NCBI GenBank assembly: GCA_963833125.1
Contig: CAWHWX010000001.1
Span: forward strand, 1-64,000
DNA length: 64,000 nucleotides
Direction of reading: 5' to 3'
DNA from: Candidatus Bathyarchaeota archaeon
GTDB taxonomy: Archaea > Thermoproteota > Bathyarchaeia > 40CM-2-53-6
Shown here: one piece after another, positions 41,160-52,546 of the stretch
How the letters are laid out: every line of letters starts with the position of its first letter
Numbering within the stretch: the first letter of the stretch is position 1
Made by a program: the position numbers and the translations under genes
Notes under the pieces: generated by a model
What the model was told of the DNA's origin: nothing
What the model saw: the letters and a program-made list of their open reading frames with translations, nothing else
The model's database searches: none

Positions 41160-42704
41160 ATGACAAGTCAACCTGCCGCGTTTGTAAGAAAAGCTTCAGG
41201 GTTACGTAGAGACGTTTCCATGTTGGATGTCGTAAGCCTGAATATTGGTAACATGTCAGGCGGCGCAGCCCTCGGAATCATAGGTTTCACAACGGTACTG
41301 CTCTCATCGATGTCTGGGGTAAACTTGGTATACGGCTCGATACTGGCTTGGTGCCTATCAATCCCCGAGATCGTCGTCTACACGATGATGACGACTAGGG
41401 TCAGTCGGACCGGTGGAGACTACGTTTGGGTCTCACGCGTCTACGGCGGATTATTCGGAGGACCACTTTCCTTCATGGGCTACACGCTTGAGACTATGGC
41501 ATATATGGCACTGATCGCGCTCGCCATGGTTTTCGCGATAGGTTCAGTTGGGGTAGCACTTGGATACTCGAACATGCTTCAATTTGCGTTGCCAGGCAAT
41601 ATTCCTGGAGCGAACTTGACGGGACAATTCCTCATTGCCGCACTAATCTTTGCCGCGCTCATAGGCATCAACGTTGTCAAGCCTAAAGTAGGTTTCAAAG
41701 TCGTTGCGGTTACGATAATAATCGCGATAGCGGCAACTTTCGTTGGCATTTTCTCGCTCTTGGCCGCTGGGACGGCGGGAGTGCAGGGTTACATGAGCTT
41801 CCTAAACTCGATTGGCTCCAATACGACGTATACGGCGGTTGCTAATTCGTACACTGGCCCAACCTTCGACTTTAATGCTACCATATTTATGCTCCCATTC
41901 TTCGCCATCTTCGTCTACCCCTGGTTGAACGCAGGACCAGCGGTCGCTTCCGAGATTAAGGGTAAAGGCGCTTTGCGGTACAACGTATTCCTATCATCAG
42001 TAGTAACCCTCATAGTTGTAACTGCGGGATTTGGAGCGATGTATTATGCTGGCGGATTCAACTTCGTGAATGGGGCATTAGGAAATGCGAATCTAGTATT
42101 CAATTGGAGCTTCAACTTCTGGACCCTCGCAATGGGTGTCTCAAGCACCCCTGTAGCTTGGTTCATCGGCTTAGGTTGGATCCTGTGGAACGTCGGCATT
42201 CTAGCATACGCAATAATCGTCCTATCACGATACCTCTTTGCTCAATCATTCGACCGATTCCTGCCCGAGAAGATCTCATACATTAGCCCGAAGTTCGGTT
42301 CGCCAACTGTCGCATTAACCATCAACCTCATAGGCACGGTTGTCTTGATCGGATTAGCCTCGTACTTCTACGGAACTCTAGTTTCACTCTACGGAGCAGT
42401 GATCGCAGCGATGATCTACTTCTTCTTCATAGGAATCGCCGCCGTACGCTATGCAATGAAGAATGAGAAAGGACAATCTAAAGCAATTCTCGCAATCTGC
42501 GGAATCCTGATGGCGATTGTATTTGGATACATCACGTACCAATTCCTCGCATATTCATCGATATGGGGAGGAAATCCAATTGCATACGGTTACGCCGGCG
42601 GCAGCTTCATCGCAGGACTCATAATCTATGTCTGGTCGAAATCATATCATGCCAAACGTGGAATCGACATCACACTCGCATACAAGGAACTACCCCCACT
42701 GTAG
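41160..42704 (+). CDS. APC amino acid permease, copy 2 (intact)
   Basis: 514 aa, highly hydrophobic; FVRKASGLRR, RTGGDYVW, ASEIKG, FAQSFDR and KELPPL. Confidence 0.92.
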   Translation: MTSQPAAFVRKASGLRRDVSMLDVVSLNIGNMSGGAALGIIGFTTVLLSSMSGVNLVYGSILAWCLSIPEIVVYTMMTTRVSRTGGDYVWVSRVYGGLFGGPLSFMGYTLETMAYMALIALAMVFAIGSVGVALGYSNMLQFALPGNIPGANLTGQFLIAALIFAALIGINVVKPKVGFKVVAVTIIIAIAATFVGIFSLLAAGTAGVQGYMSFLNSIGSNTTYTAVANSYTGPTFDFNATIFMLPFFAIFVYPWLNAGPAVASEIKGKGALRYNVFLSSVVTLIVVTAGFGAMYYAGGFNFVNGALGNANLVFNWSFNFWTLAMGVSSTPVAWFIGLGWILWNVGILAYAIIVLSRYLFAQSFDRFLPEKISYISPKFGSPTVALTINLIGTVVLIGLASYFYGTLVSLYGAVIAAMIYFFFIGIAAVRYAMKNEKGQSKAILAICGILMAIVFGYITYQFLAYSSIWGGNPIAYGYAGGSFIAGLIIYVWSKSYHAKRGIDITLAYKELPPL

Positions 42705-42922
42705 GTCAGCACTCATTCAGTAACCAACCTCAAATTCCCGTTAAGTCCGCGTCAGTGTCACACCGTGCGGTCCCCAGACTCCCACCAGTCTCCTGGCGGA
42801 AACGAGTCTGTATTAGCATACTCGGCGTTACGCGGATGGAAAATCAAGGATAACCAGTCAAACGTTCAGCTTCAAACCCGAGCATAGTTCATGTGAGACG
42901 TTAGCAAATAGCTGATTCTCAA

Positions 42923-43889
42923 TTATCCGGATGTGAGCTGTGAACTGAGAACTTTCTTGTCTCCGATATTGACGATCGCTCCCCTGAGCACTCCTTCAGG
43001 GTATTCGCTGCCAGGATTAACTACCAAAGTCTTTCCAATCCTGGTAGTTCCTCTAGATTCATGGATATGACCGCATAGGTCTACCAGAGGTTGATATTTT
43101 TCAACCTCGGACGAATTGCAGTGCTCCCAGCACCAATCATGACTGCCTGTCCCTTGTTGATAACGGGCTTCGGTGGATAAACGGATGCGTCCAGTTTCGG
43201 AACCGTATCTAATCCGCAGTCTATTGGAGGTACGTGAATGTTAAACACGCAATTTTCCCTATCCGATACCGAGGAAACCATCTTCTCGGTTGCTGTTTCA
43301 AGTTCTTCCTCAGTATGATCTCGCGGACATTTCCAGGGAGTGGGATTGCTCCACCCCAAGTTCACCATTTCGTGAAGCCCATCAATCTTGAGGACCCTGT
43401 TATCGGCGTTTTTCACATGAGGGGTGTCTCGGACGGCATCGACTATTTCTTGGTAATCATCATTTCCACCCGTCAAATAACACGTCACGCCCAGCTGAGA
43501 GAGGAATGGTTCAGCGGGTTGACCCACTTTGTTAACGTGTCCTTCATCTGGGTCATGAAGACCTTGTCAACTTTCTCCTTGGACGCGTTTAGCTCATCCA
43601 TCTCTGTCTTGCTACAAGGGTATGGGTAGTATCCGCTGTCAGTTATCTCCTGCGCCAAGGCTTTCGCCTCGTCTGGGCTATGTAGGGTTTTTTCGCCAAT
43701 ATAGTCCGCTTTGAACGTCCCGTCTCCATAATCAACGATCGGGACAAGCATCTTACCTGTCATGTCACCCCCCAGAACCAAGACGTCAACTTTGTAGAAT
43801 TTCGCGGCGCTCAATATCTTCTCGTAACATTTGCCAGAACCGTGGAGGTCTGTTGCAAAGAAAATCTTGGTGAACTTCTTGTCAGGCAT
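42923..43889 (-). CDS. Icc-like calcineurin-fold metallophosphoesterase, two indels
   Basis: ATDLHGS, GGDMTGK, GGNDD, HVPP, then GHIHESRG...VNPGSEYPEGVLRG in the shifted frame. Confidence 0.88.
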
Positions 43890-44074
43890 GTTTGCGCATC
43901 TTCGATGATCGCGTAGTGAACGGGGCGGTACTATAATTTATCTCCCCGAATTCCCGTCTGAGAAGAGCCTTTCGACTCTCTTCAGGCGCCTCGTGGCGAA
44001 GTTTGAATAAATCGAGGGCGAAATCATGAAGGTTCCTTAATTATGGAGACATTCGTGCTTTCGTATGAGAAACT

Positions 44075-45871
44075 ATGTTTGAAATCGACGGCAGGACACG
44101 CTTACATGATGTAACCCGCACGCTCGTAAACACTGCAATGGGTCGCACCAAAGCTGACTTGGTGATACGGAACGGCTCTCTTGTAAGTACAAACTCCGGC
44201 GAAATCATTGAGAATCAAGGAATAGCGATCAAGAACGACAGGATAGCGCTTGTTGGAAATGTGGAAAACACCATTGGACCTGATACTCAAGTAATTGACG
44301 CGCACAGAAAATGGGTTGCTCCAGGATTCATTGACGGTCACGTTCACGTAGAGAGCGCTATGGTCGCAGGGACTGAATTTGCGAGAGCCGTGATACCTCA
44401 CGGTACAACTACGGTTTTCATAGACCCTCACGAAATGGCAAACGTCCTTGGAATGGACGGTGTTCGATTCTTCATAAACGAAGCCCGAGGCCTTCCCCTT
44501 AAGATGCTCATCACATTTCCCTCCTGCGTTCCTGCCGCTCCCGGTTTCGAAACGAGCGGCGCTTCGTTTGGGCCGAAGGAGATTGAGGAGGCGATGAGTT
44601 GGAAGGAAGTCGTGGCCCTTGGCGAGATGATGAATTATCCCGGTGTTTTGGCAGCTGACCCAAACGTACACACGGAAATTGCAGCGACACTGAAGACCGG
44701 GCGGGTAGTGGAAGGTCACGCAGTCGATTTGCTAGACAGAGACCTGGGGGCTTATGCCGCAGCTGGAATAACCTCATGCCACGAATCAACAGAGGAAATT
44801 CAAGCAATCCAAAAACTCAGAAATGGCATGTACGCAATGCTAAGAGAGGCCTCCGGTGCGACAAACGTAGCCAATACAATCAAGGCCGTGACAAGAAAGA
44901 AACTTGATTCTCGCCACGCCTGTTTAGTTACAGACGACCGAGAACCAAGCGACCTGGTGAACGAAGGGCACGTAGATCACGTCATTCGCAGGGCCATTCA
45001 AGAGGGAGTTGACCCGATCGAAGCAATCCAGATGGCCACCCTCAACGTCGCAGAACATTTCGAATGTGCCAGAGAACTTGGGAACATAGCCCCAGCCCGT
45101 TTCGCGGATGTTGTCATTCTCGACAAACTCGAAACGGTCTCCGTAAACACAGTAATCACTGATGGAAAAGTCGTAAGTCACAATGGAAAGCTAACCACAC
45201 ACCTACCGACCCCGACCTACCCACAAGCAGTGATGCAGTCCATGCATCTGAAGCGCCCACCAAGCCTAGAGGATCTGGCTGTGAAGACCAAGACCAAGAA
45301 CGACTCGGTTAGGGTCAGGGCTATTGGAGTTTTGCCGACGAATATTCTCACACGCAACCTGGAGTTAGAAGTTCCTGTGAAAGATGGAAAGGCTTTGGCA
45401 AACCCAAGAGAGGATGTAGCGAAGATAGCTGTCTTTGAGCGACACAGAGGTTCAGGGAATGTGACAGTTGGATTCGTTAACGGGCTTGGGCTAAAGGAGG
45501 GAGCTGTCGCATCGACGGTAGGGCATGATTGCCACAACTTGGTCGTCGCTGGCATGGATGACGCCAGCATGATTGCGGCCGCAAATATCCTAGCTCAAAG
45601 CGGCGGAGGTATGGTCGCGGTTGAGGGTCAAAAATCGCTATCACATCTTCCGCTGCCCATAGCTGGGCTCATGTCGGACAAGTCCGTCGAAACGGTCTCA
45701 AAACAAATGAAGGAACTTAAGGACGCATGGGCAAAATTGGGCTCGAAGCTTCCGTCTCCTACGATCACACTCGCGTTCACTACACTCTCGGTTATTCCGG
45801 AACTAAGAATTACGGATAAGGGTGTCTTAGACACGGTCCACTTCAGATTCGTGAAGCCAATCATTGAATGA
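44075..45871 (+). CDS. ade: Adenine deaminase
   Basis: Canonical DGHVHVES, IDPHEM, PSCVP, LGEMMNYP, EGH, CHE, VTDD, ERH and GHDCHN. Confidence 0.92.
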   Translation: MFEIDGRTRLHDVTRTLVNTAMGRTKADLVIRNGSLVSTNSGEIIENQGIAIKNDRIALVGNVENTIGPDTQVIDAHRKWVAPGFIDGHVHVESAMVAGTEFARAVIPHGTTTVFIDPHEMANVLGMDGVRFFINEARGLPLKMLITFPSCVPAAPGFETSGASFGPKEIEEAMSWKEVVALGEMMNYPGVLAADPNVHTEIAATLKTGRVVEGHAVDLLDRDLGAYAAAGITSCHESTEEIQAIQKLRNGMYAMLREASGATNVANTIKAVTRKKLDSRHACLVTDDREPSDLVNEGHVDHVIRRAIQEGVDPIEAIQMATLNVAEHFECARELGNIAPARFADVVILDKLETVSVNTVITDGKVVSHNGKLTTHLPTPTYPQAVMQSMHLKRPPSLEDLAVKTKTKNDSVRVRAIGVLPTNILTRNLELEVPVKDGKALANPREDVAKIAVFERHRGSGNVTVGFVNGLGLKEGAVASTVGHDCHNLVVAGMDDASMIAAANILAQSGGGMVAVEGQKSLSHLPLPIAGLMSDKSVETVSKQMKELKDAWAKLGSKLPSPTITLAFTTLSVIPELRITDKGVLDTVHFRFVKPIIE

Positions 45872-45930
45872 ACTGAATTCTAGGTGAAATGTGAACCTAT
45901 ATCAGTCATTCTCTCTCTGAGATTTGTGCG

Positions 45931-46991
45931 TTAGTACACAAATTCAGTTTTCAAGCGATCAGTGGACCTGCGGATGGTCTTGCCCTCGAATGCGTCAATC
46001 ATGGCGTGAACGTTGTCGGCTAAGGGGTAGAGGATTGGGCAGTGCATCCGGTGGAGTTGTACTCCTCAACCTTCTTGAGGCAATCTTCTGCGGTTCCGCA
46101 GGCTGTGATTAGTCGAACGAGTTCATCATCTACTAACTGCTTGGCCTTTTCTAAGCCACCCGGTTTGGCGGGCCAACCCCCCAACGCAGACTTCACCTCT
46201 TCAATCAAGGATTCTTTCACACCACTGGCTTTGGCGATGTGGGGTTGCTGGCCCAGATACTGGGCGACGAGCGGTCGCGCGTCATCAATAGCCTTGTCAG
46301 CGTCGTCGTCTAGCGAACAAACAATCAGCTGAGGTCTATCAATAGCCTCGAATCGTCGACCTCTCTTCGCCGCCCCTGCTTTCAGGTGGTCTAAGGCTTG
46401 GCGATTGTAATTCGGAGAGACTAGGTAGTTGAGTAGAAGACCGTCGGCGATCTCGCCAGTTAGTTCAATCATGTCCCAACCAGTCGCACCTATGAAAATT
46501 GGAATTTTACGTGGAGTAGTAGGGTCGCCGTAGACAACGTCTAGTCGTATGTCCCGTACTTTTACGAATTCTCCCTCGAACGTGACGTTCTCCATTTGGA
46601 AGAGGCGTTGGAGAACGGTGACGTATTCTCGCATTGCTTTCAGCGGTTTCTTCCGTTCGATCCCAACCTTTGACGCTAGGGGATCCCACCAAGCACCGAT
46701 TCCAAGCAAGCTTCGACCGTCAGAGAGTTCATCGAGAGTTAGAAAAGACACGGCGGTCAGCGCCACGTTCCGTGTCCAATTATTTATCACCCCAGTTCCC
46801 AGTTTGATTTTATTGGTTACGGCGGCCATAGCCGCTAATGGTGTGAGGGCGTCTCGTGCGAGGCGGGATTCGGCATGCCAGATCGCTTCGAACCCTTTCT
46901 GTTCAGCATACTGAGCGAGCTTCATCTCTTCGCGAATAGTATGCTTGTCCTGAAGGTACAGGGCGACTCTTTGTGCTTTATCCACTAGCAT
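45931..46991 (-). CDS. LLM-class flavin/F420-dependent oxidoreductase (Mer-like fold), C-terminal indel
   Basis: [44 protein letters not shown] and GEIADG. The shifted end reads [10 protein letters not shown]. Confidence 0.85.
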
Positions 46992-47448
46992 TAACTCCTC
47001 CCAGCTAACTTACTCTGCGGCATTCTAGGAAACGGATACGAATACATGTTTTGGAACACTGAAACGTCAAGAAATGAGCCGTTTCAACGGCAATATCTGT
47101 TATCGGGACGTTAAGCGGTTTCGTCGTCCTCTAATTCTGAAGCCACTATCCCGAACGGCTTCTAGCTAGAAAGATGTAGATGTGGTAGTCTAGAGGTACA
47201 AAGAAACAGCGTTATTCGGGAGGAAAATTTACCAAACTAGGGAAAAAGAATCTGTTTACCCGGCTCCAATTAGAGAAGCCACCGAGGATCAAAGCTCCGT
47301 TTCGGCAGGGGCAGACCTCGTTAGGAGGCTGTTCGGTGGACGCTACGCTAAAGACCGAAAACAAGTAAGGGAATACGGAACCTAGCTCGATTACCGTTTT
47401 GGCTTCGATTCCACGAAGTGCTAAGGTCTCAGCTTTCGCTTGTTCGGT

Positions 47449-47934
47449 TCACTCAATTTGTGGCTGACGATTAGTGATCGTTCTGGCAAATTCGATTAGC
47501 CCGATCTTTGACTCCAACTGTGCATTGACGTAGAGCGTGGCGACTGCAGATTTTGATTGCTGTAGTTCTCTCAAACGGATTACCTGTAACTCATTGAGCA
47601 TGCAAGTAGTGAAGACATCGCTGCGCCCTTTTGGTCGAATGCCTTCATCGGGTTTATCATAACACTTTGCGAAGGCGAAAAACTGTTGCTGAAGTAAGAT
47701 TTGAACTGTAAATTCGTGAACTCGCCATGCTAGATTCGTAAAGTTAGTTACCGTAAACCAGCCATGTACCATGGGCAAGTAAGTGCCAAGTACAAAGGAC
47801 AACGGGTTGGTGCTTCTGGTGTCAATTAAGACTTCTTTGTCTAGGCGCATTTTGCTATAGTATCGATGCAGAATGACGCTTGGTAATCGTGAAATGATCT
47901 TGTCCGCAGTCGTGAAGGCTAGTTCAGAAATCAA
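47449..47934 (-). CDS. Hypothetical protein
   Basis: 161 aa ORF with a CTTAAG box upstream and no recognised motif. Confidence 0.5.
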   Translation of the reverse strand: MISELAFTTADKIISRLPSVILHRYYSKMRLDKEVLIDTRSTNPLSFVLGTYLPMVHGWFTVTNFTNLAWRVHEFTVQILLQQQFFAFAKCYDKPDEGIRPKGRSDVFTTCMLNELQVIRLRELQQSKSAVATLYVNAQLESKIGLIEFARTITNRQPQIE

Positions 47935-48054
47935 GTCCGAAATCCCTGGACTCTACTCTTTGCCTGCTAGTTGGCTCATTTTCCATTCACTTCGGTTGCT
48001 TAAGCCCTATGGTATGGAGCATCATTCATCATTCTTAGCGGGTAGGAGTCTCCG

Positions 48055-48351
48055 TTAGCTTATGTATGCTCGATCTTTGTTTCGCTTGAACCATTCAGAT
48101 AAAGTTCTAGCCGCCTCTGGGGACCTCGCCAACACGTAGGTACTCACGGCACTTAGAATTGCCGCCTTTTCGTCATCAGACAGACTATTCCAGAGTGCGG
48201 CGAGTAACCGCATAACGCTTTGCGCTATGTCGATAGGAGCGTAGAAAGGAGCATACGGCAGTGCTTGACGGTTAGCTTGACATGTTCCGCAACCATCGCA
48301 AAACGTCGCATCTTCAGTAAGATTCCGTCTACAAGATTCGCAAATATGCAT
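48055..48351 (-). CDS. Zinc-ribbon domain protein
   Basis: CESC-x9-FCDGCG at the N-terminus followed by a helical tail. Confidence 0.65.
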   Translation of the reverse strand: MHICESCRRNLTEDATFCDGCGTCQANRQALPYAPFYAPIDIAQSVMRLLAALWNSLSDDEKAAILSAVSTYVLARSPEAARTLSEWFKRNKDRAYIS

Positions 48352-48374
48352 GCGAGTCTCTCGCGCGAGAACAA

Positions 48375-48385
48375 CTTAAGATTTC
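48375..48385 (-). promoter_or_regulatory. Archaeal-type BRE/TATA-like box (GAAATCTTAAG)
   Basis: Lies about 24 nt upstream of the ATG at 48351. Similar CTTAAG boxes precede the minus-strand genes starting at 49151 (49189..49194) and 5055. Confidence 0.45.
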
Positions 48386-48496
48386 GCGTATCCCAGAATC
48401 TTGAAGTTTGAATGACATACCTCGATTCATAAGAGGAACTGCCCTGCAAATTTTGGCTCATCGTCTTGCGGTGGTTTCGGGGAAGCCTGATCGGGG

Positions 48497-49151
48497 CTAA
48501 CTTGTTGAGTTAAGGATCGATGTAGCGGTGTTAAATTCGTCTGTCGCTTGGTTAACGAAGGCGTTGCCTTCTGTGATCAGCGATGGATTATTTTGGATAA
48601 GCCCGTCTTCGTAAAGCGTAAACGCTGAGTAGCAGAGACTCAAAGCGTTGACGATATGGACATGGGCTTCGGCGAAGTGCTGATGGAGGGTGTAGTCTGA
48701 GGGCGCTTTCCATCAGAACTTTGAGGTTGTCCTTTTGCTGGCTCACGAATGAGATTAAGTCAGTTTGAGACATCTGCCCGTTACTGAACGCACGAAAGTT
48801 ATCTGCGCTCTGAGTCGTTATGTTGTGAAATTCGGAGAATATGGCTGACATTGCGGTTTTGTATTCTGTAACGTTAGCTTCCACCGTGACCATGACTGGC
48901 AGCGTGTACGTGGTCGTCTCCGTTGCAGTTGTCGCCCCGCTATGGGTTGAACCGGCAGCCCCTAGCATACCTCCTATGACGAGTACGATGATTAGCAGAC
49001 CGAGTGTCTTAGCCTGAGATTTTTTCTTGGGAGCAATTGGTTGCTCGACAGTTTTGACGGGTGACGTGGAAGGCGTTGTTGGTGTTCCGCACGATGGACA
49101 GAAGCTCACGTTAGCAGCGAACTGGCTTCCACATTTCGAGCAGAAAGGCAA
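48497..49151 (-). CDS. Zinc-ribbon, single-TM membrane protein, indel near 48670
   Basis: MPFCSKCG...FCPSCG, TM LGLLIIVLVIGGMLGAAG and a Thr-rich linker. The helical C-terminus continues in the shifted frame (AEAHVHIVNALSLCYSAFTLY...). Confidence 0.7.
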
Positions 49152-49276
49152 GTCTTTCCCAGGTATGCCTATGCTTCAGTTCGTCGTGCTTAAGATTTTA
49201 CATGCCTTAAGGAATAGATTGTCTTGCATAATGTAAAATATGAATGAGTGGGGTTTTGATCCGAGGTTCAGTCAAA

Positions 49277-50134
49277 ATGCCCTTTTGCCGGAATTGTGGC
49301 GAAGCAACTGCAGTTGGGACGAGATTCTGTCCGAAATGTGGAGCAGACATGTGGAATGCGAACCCATCGCAACCTGCATCTGAACACCGCATCAATCGTA
49401 TGCCTGAACTTATTCTCGGACTGATTGGTGGCGTCTTGGGGCTTCTATTCATACCTGTAATGGTCTTCCTCGGTGCTTTCGGGGAGGCGTTTACTGGAAG
49501 CCCGGGTACTCTTTATGCGCAAGCAGCAGTTGCTGCTCTGATTTCTATCATCGGACTTGTTGCGGCAGTCCTGGTTAAGAGCAAACCCAGAGAGTGGGGC
49601 ATCTGCTTGGTGATTTGTGGAATTATCGGCGTCATAGTTGCTTCAGGCTTCTACGTTGGAGGTCTCTTGCTGCTAGTTGCTGGAATTCTAGCTCTCGTAA
49701 GAAGGGATTCTAAAGAAAGTCAAGACGATCTCTCTTTCTTAACTGAGGAGCAACCTCGGAGAACGGGGTTGAGGGGTTCGTTTCCGCTTGATGAACTCAC
49801 GATTAACAAGGAGGTTTCTAACGTTTCGCCTGGAGTATTTGTTCTCGGGCGCAAGGAGGGCAAGACTTTCTACGTTCGCACCGTCGGTCGGGCTGATGTT
49901 GACGTGAGGACTCGACTCAAGGAACACATTGGCAGATATGACCGGTTTAAGTTCGAATATGCAAATTCACCTGAAGATGCTTTCAGAAAGGAATGTGACT
50001 TGTACCACGACTTCCGGGGACCGGAAGGCAAACTCGACAATGAGAATCATCCTGAGAGACCCCAGGGTGTGGCTTGGCTTTGTACCAAGTGTAACAAGTT
50101 TAGTCCACAAGGTGTTGAGCAAACGACGACCTGA
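49277..50134 (+). CDS. Zinc-ribbon + 4-TM + C-terminal GIY-YIG-like domain protein
   Basis: MPFCRNCG...FCPKCG, four hydrophobic helices, then PGVFVLG...VGRAD.DVRTRLKEH...AFRKECDLYHDF...LDN..HP...CTKC. Confidence 0.65.
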   Translation: MPFCRNCGEATAVGTRFCPKCGADMWNANPSQPASEHRINRMPELILGLIGGVLGLLFIPVMVFLGAFGEAFTGSPGTLYAQAAVAALISIIGLVAAVLVKSKPREWGICLVICGIIGVIVASGFYVGGLLLLVAGILALVRRDSKESQDDLSFLTEEQPRRTGLRGSFPLDELTINKEVSNVSPGVFVLGRKEGKTFYVRTVGRADVDVRTRLKEHIGRYDRFKFEYANSPEDAFRKECDLYHDFRGPEGKLDNENHPERPQGVAWLCTKCNKFSPQGVEQTTT

Positions 50135-50459
50135 TGGAACCGACAACTTGCGAGCATCCGCTCGGGTACGGAGTTAGTCGGGCTTGTATTTGCTCGCTTC
50201 GATAAACCATTCCTTCTCGGACAGGCTCAGTAGGTACGATAAGAGTGCTACCGCTCATATAGTCTGCTTGCGCCGTTTCTGCAAGCCAAGCTAGATGAAT
50301 TTACTCTCGTTTGTCAGGAGTATCCGCTTCGGTTCTAAATTTGTCTCCAACCCCTATAGTTCTCGTGAATTCATAGTTACACTTCATTATGGTCAAGTAG
50401 GCTTTTCGTAAGTCCTCTCTTGTTTCATAAGGGAAAAACGCAACATCGCGATCAGGAAA

Positions 50460-50768
50460 CTACTTGAACAGGACTGGATTGACAGTGCACTCGTCAATCA
50501 CGATATTTTCTCCTCTCATAATCAGTCGCCAATACCGTTGATGAGGTTCAGACTTATGCCAATGCTCAGTTTCAATCATGATGCCACCGCCAATTTCTGC
50601 AACTTTCACGCTGGCAATTATTTGAGTATCATTTCTACACGAGCCATTTCGCCATTGCTTATCTATCTTGAGGGCTAAATCTGCGGTTAATGGTACTTCG
50701 ACCATACCCATGGACTCGCTAGTATACATGATAAAACTAGCGCTTGTCAGGCTCGGCAGCGTTTGCAT
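50460..50768 (-). CDS. Hypothetical protein
   Basis: 102 aa ORF with no recognised motif. Confidence 0.35.
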   Translation of the reverse strand: MQTLPSLTSASFIMYTSESMGMVEVPLTADLALKIDKQWRNGSCRNDTQIIASVKVAEIGGGIMIETEHWHKSEPHQRYWRLIMRGENIVIDECTVNPVLFK

Positions 50769-50977
50769 TACCGTCAGCCATTTGTCGTTAGGCTAAGTCA
50801 TATAGCATTCGGGTTTTGTAGCGATGGTTTTCCGAACGCAAGCTCAAAATCAAAGCGCTGAGCGATAATCAGGACTCGAATTGTCTGATTCGAACATAAA
50901 ATCGACGCAGAATCAAATTAGTGATTTGATTGGTCAAATTTTGATCCAATTGAAAGCGCTTTATCGGTCAGACGGAT

Positions 50978-51459
50978 GTGATGATCAGGATTAAGGCACC
51001 GTGTGAGTGTTTAGCTACGGAAAAGACGAATTTTATCGAACTGGTTAAAAAGGAAGATCAAGTTGAGCAAAATGGTTTGAAAGAGCGAGTTGAACTGAGC
51101 GAAATGCTTAGCGTTTTACAAAGAGACAAACGTGATAGTGGGTGTAGGTGCCATAAAACGACCTTATCATTCTTATCGAGATAAAATTTTTAAAATTGCA
51201 GAGTCAAAAGCCATACCTACGCAATATGAAATTGAGTTAGGATGGATTTCTATTGAGCGTGAGTTTACGGGGCGGCATATCGCCACGAAGATTGTGGGTA
51301 AATTACTCGGAAAAGTCAAGGGTACGAAAATCTAATGCAACCACTCGCACCAATAATGAGCCGATGAAACGCATACTAAAATCTTCTAATTTCCATCAGT
51401 CTGGTAAGGAATACAAATCTGGAGATAAACAATTCGTCCTATTTGTAAGGGATAGTTGA
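50978..51459 (+). CDS. GNAT family acetyltransferase, split by indels
   Basis: IVGVGAIK, ELGWISIEREFTGRHIATKIV and ATTRTNNEPMKRILKSSNF across three frames. Confidence 0.65.
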
Positions 51460-51565
51460 AAATTTTCGCTGAATTTGCAAGATCACTTTCCTGCAATCTA
51501 GCTGTTTGGTTCCCGGCAACATCAATATCTCCGCACACGACATAGTTCATCTAGAGAATTGTGAT

Positions 51566-52546
51566 TTGTCAGAATCCACCACGAATACGCCTATACCCGT
51601 GATTCTAGACCAGAAGATTGGATCTATCTTGCCCGAGGACGAAGCGGGGAAGATTCAGTAGAAGACTCAGCGAGTACCTCCGTAGTGCTGCCAGTGACAA
51701 TAAGGTGATAGTTCCGCTTTCTATTACTCACTTTGGAGAAACAGTGAAGCGACTCGATGAGCCGAGTAGGCGTCGTTTGGCTGGGTTCATGTTCGAACTC
51801 TCCAAAGGGAACGTAATAGTCCTGCACCGACGGCAATCAACTTCGAGATTGACAACGCATGCAGGAGACTTTGTGGCAGCTCTGCGACGGATTTGCGAAG
51901 TATAATCTTTGGAACAGGGATTTCTCATATGTTGGGAGCAAGGGCGTTATCGAAAGCAACAGTACTTTGGAACCAGAGTTAGAAAGTAACCTCCTTCAGA
52001 AAATAGAAAGTCCGGAAACGATTCTCGAATTGATGAGCATCGGTCTCAACCCTGAAAAAATAAAGACATTAAACGAGCGTGCAACACGTCTGCCGAGAGA
52101 TTGGAACGCATCAGAAAAGAAACCGCTTCCGTCAAAGACATGAAAGATCGTTACTTAAGGCAAGTCGTCGAATACTTCCATAGTACGATAGACCCCCCTT
52201 TACTCAAATGCCTCTTGGCGCATGAAGTTTCGCCTACAGTAATGGACTCAACATTCGGTAGTAAAGAGAAGATATTCGATTTATTCAAATCAATTCCCAC
52301 AGCTTATTGTTTCTTCGAACTTGATTTCTACAGAGATTCTCAGCAACAAAGGAGAATTCAACCAAATGACCTACATGACATTGTGGGTCTTGCTATAGCA
52401 GTTCCGTATGCGAAAGTGGTTGTGACTGAACGATTCTCTGGCAGAATGGAATCAAAAGCAGAAAGCTTGATTCAATCAATAATGCTATCGTACTCAGTTC
52501 TCGTGATTTGCCAAATCTGAGTAACGTTATTGAGAAGATGCTCTGA
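51566..52546 (+). CDS. Hypothetical protein with a PIN-like acidic pattern, several indels
   Basis: Reconstructed VILDQK.WIYLAR, VPLSITHFGETVK and NDLHDIVGLAIAVPYAKVVVTE. The D...E...ND..D spacing resembles PIN-fold nucleases. Confidence 0.5.

Noticed and set aside
45931-46991. True methylene-H4MPT reductase (mer) completing a C1 pathway
   Set aside because: Only generic LLM-fold motifs are recognisable, and there are no H4MPT-pathway neighbours.
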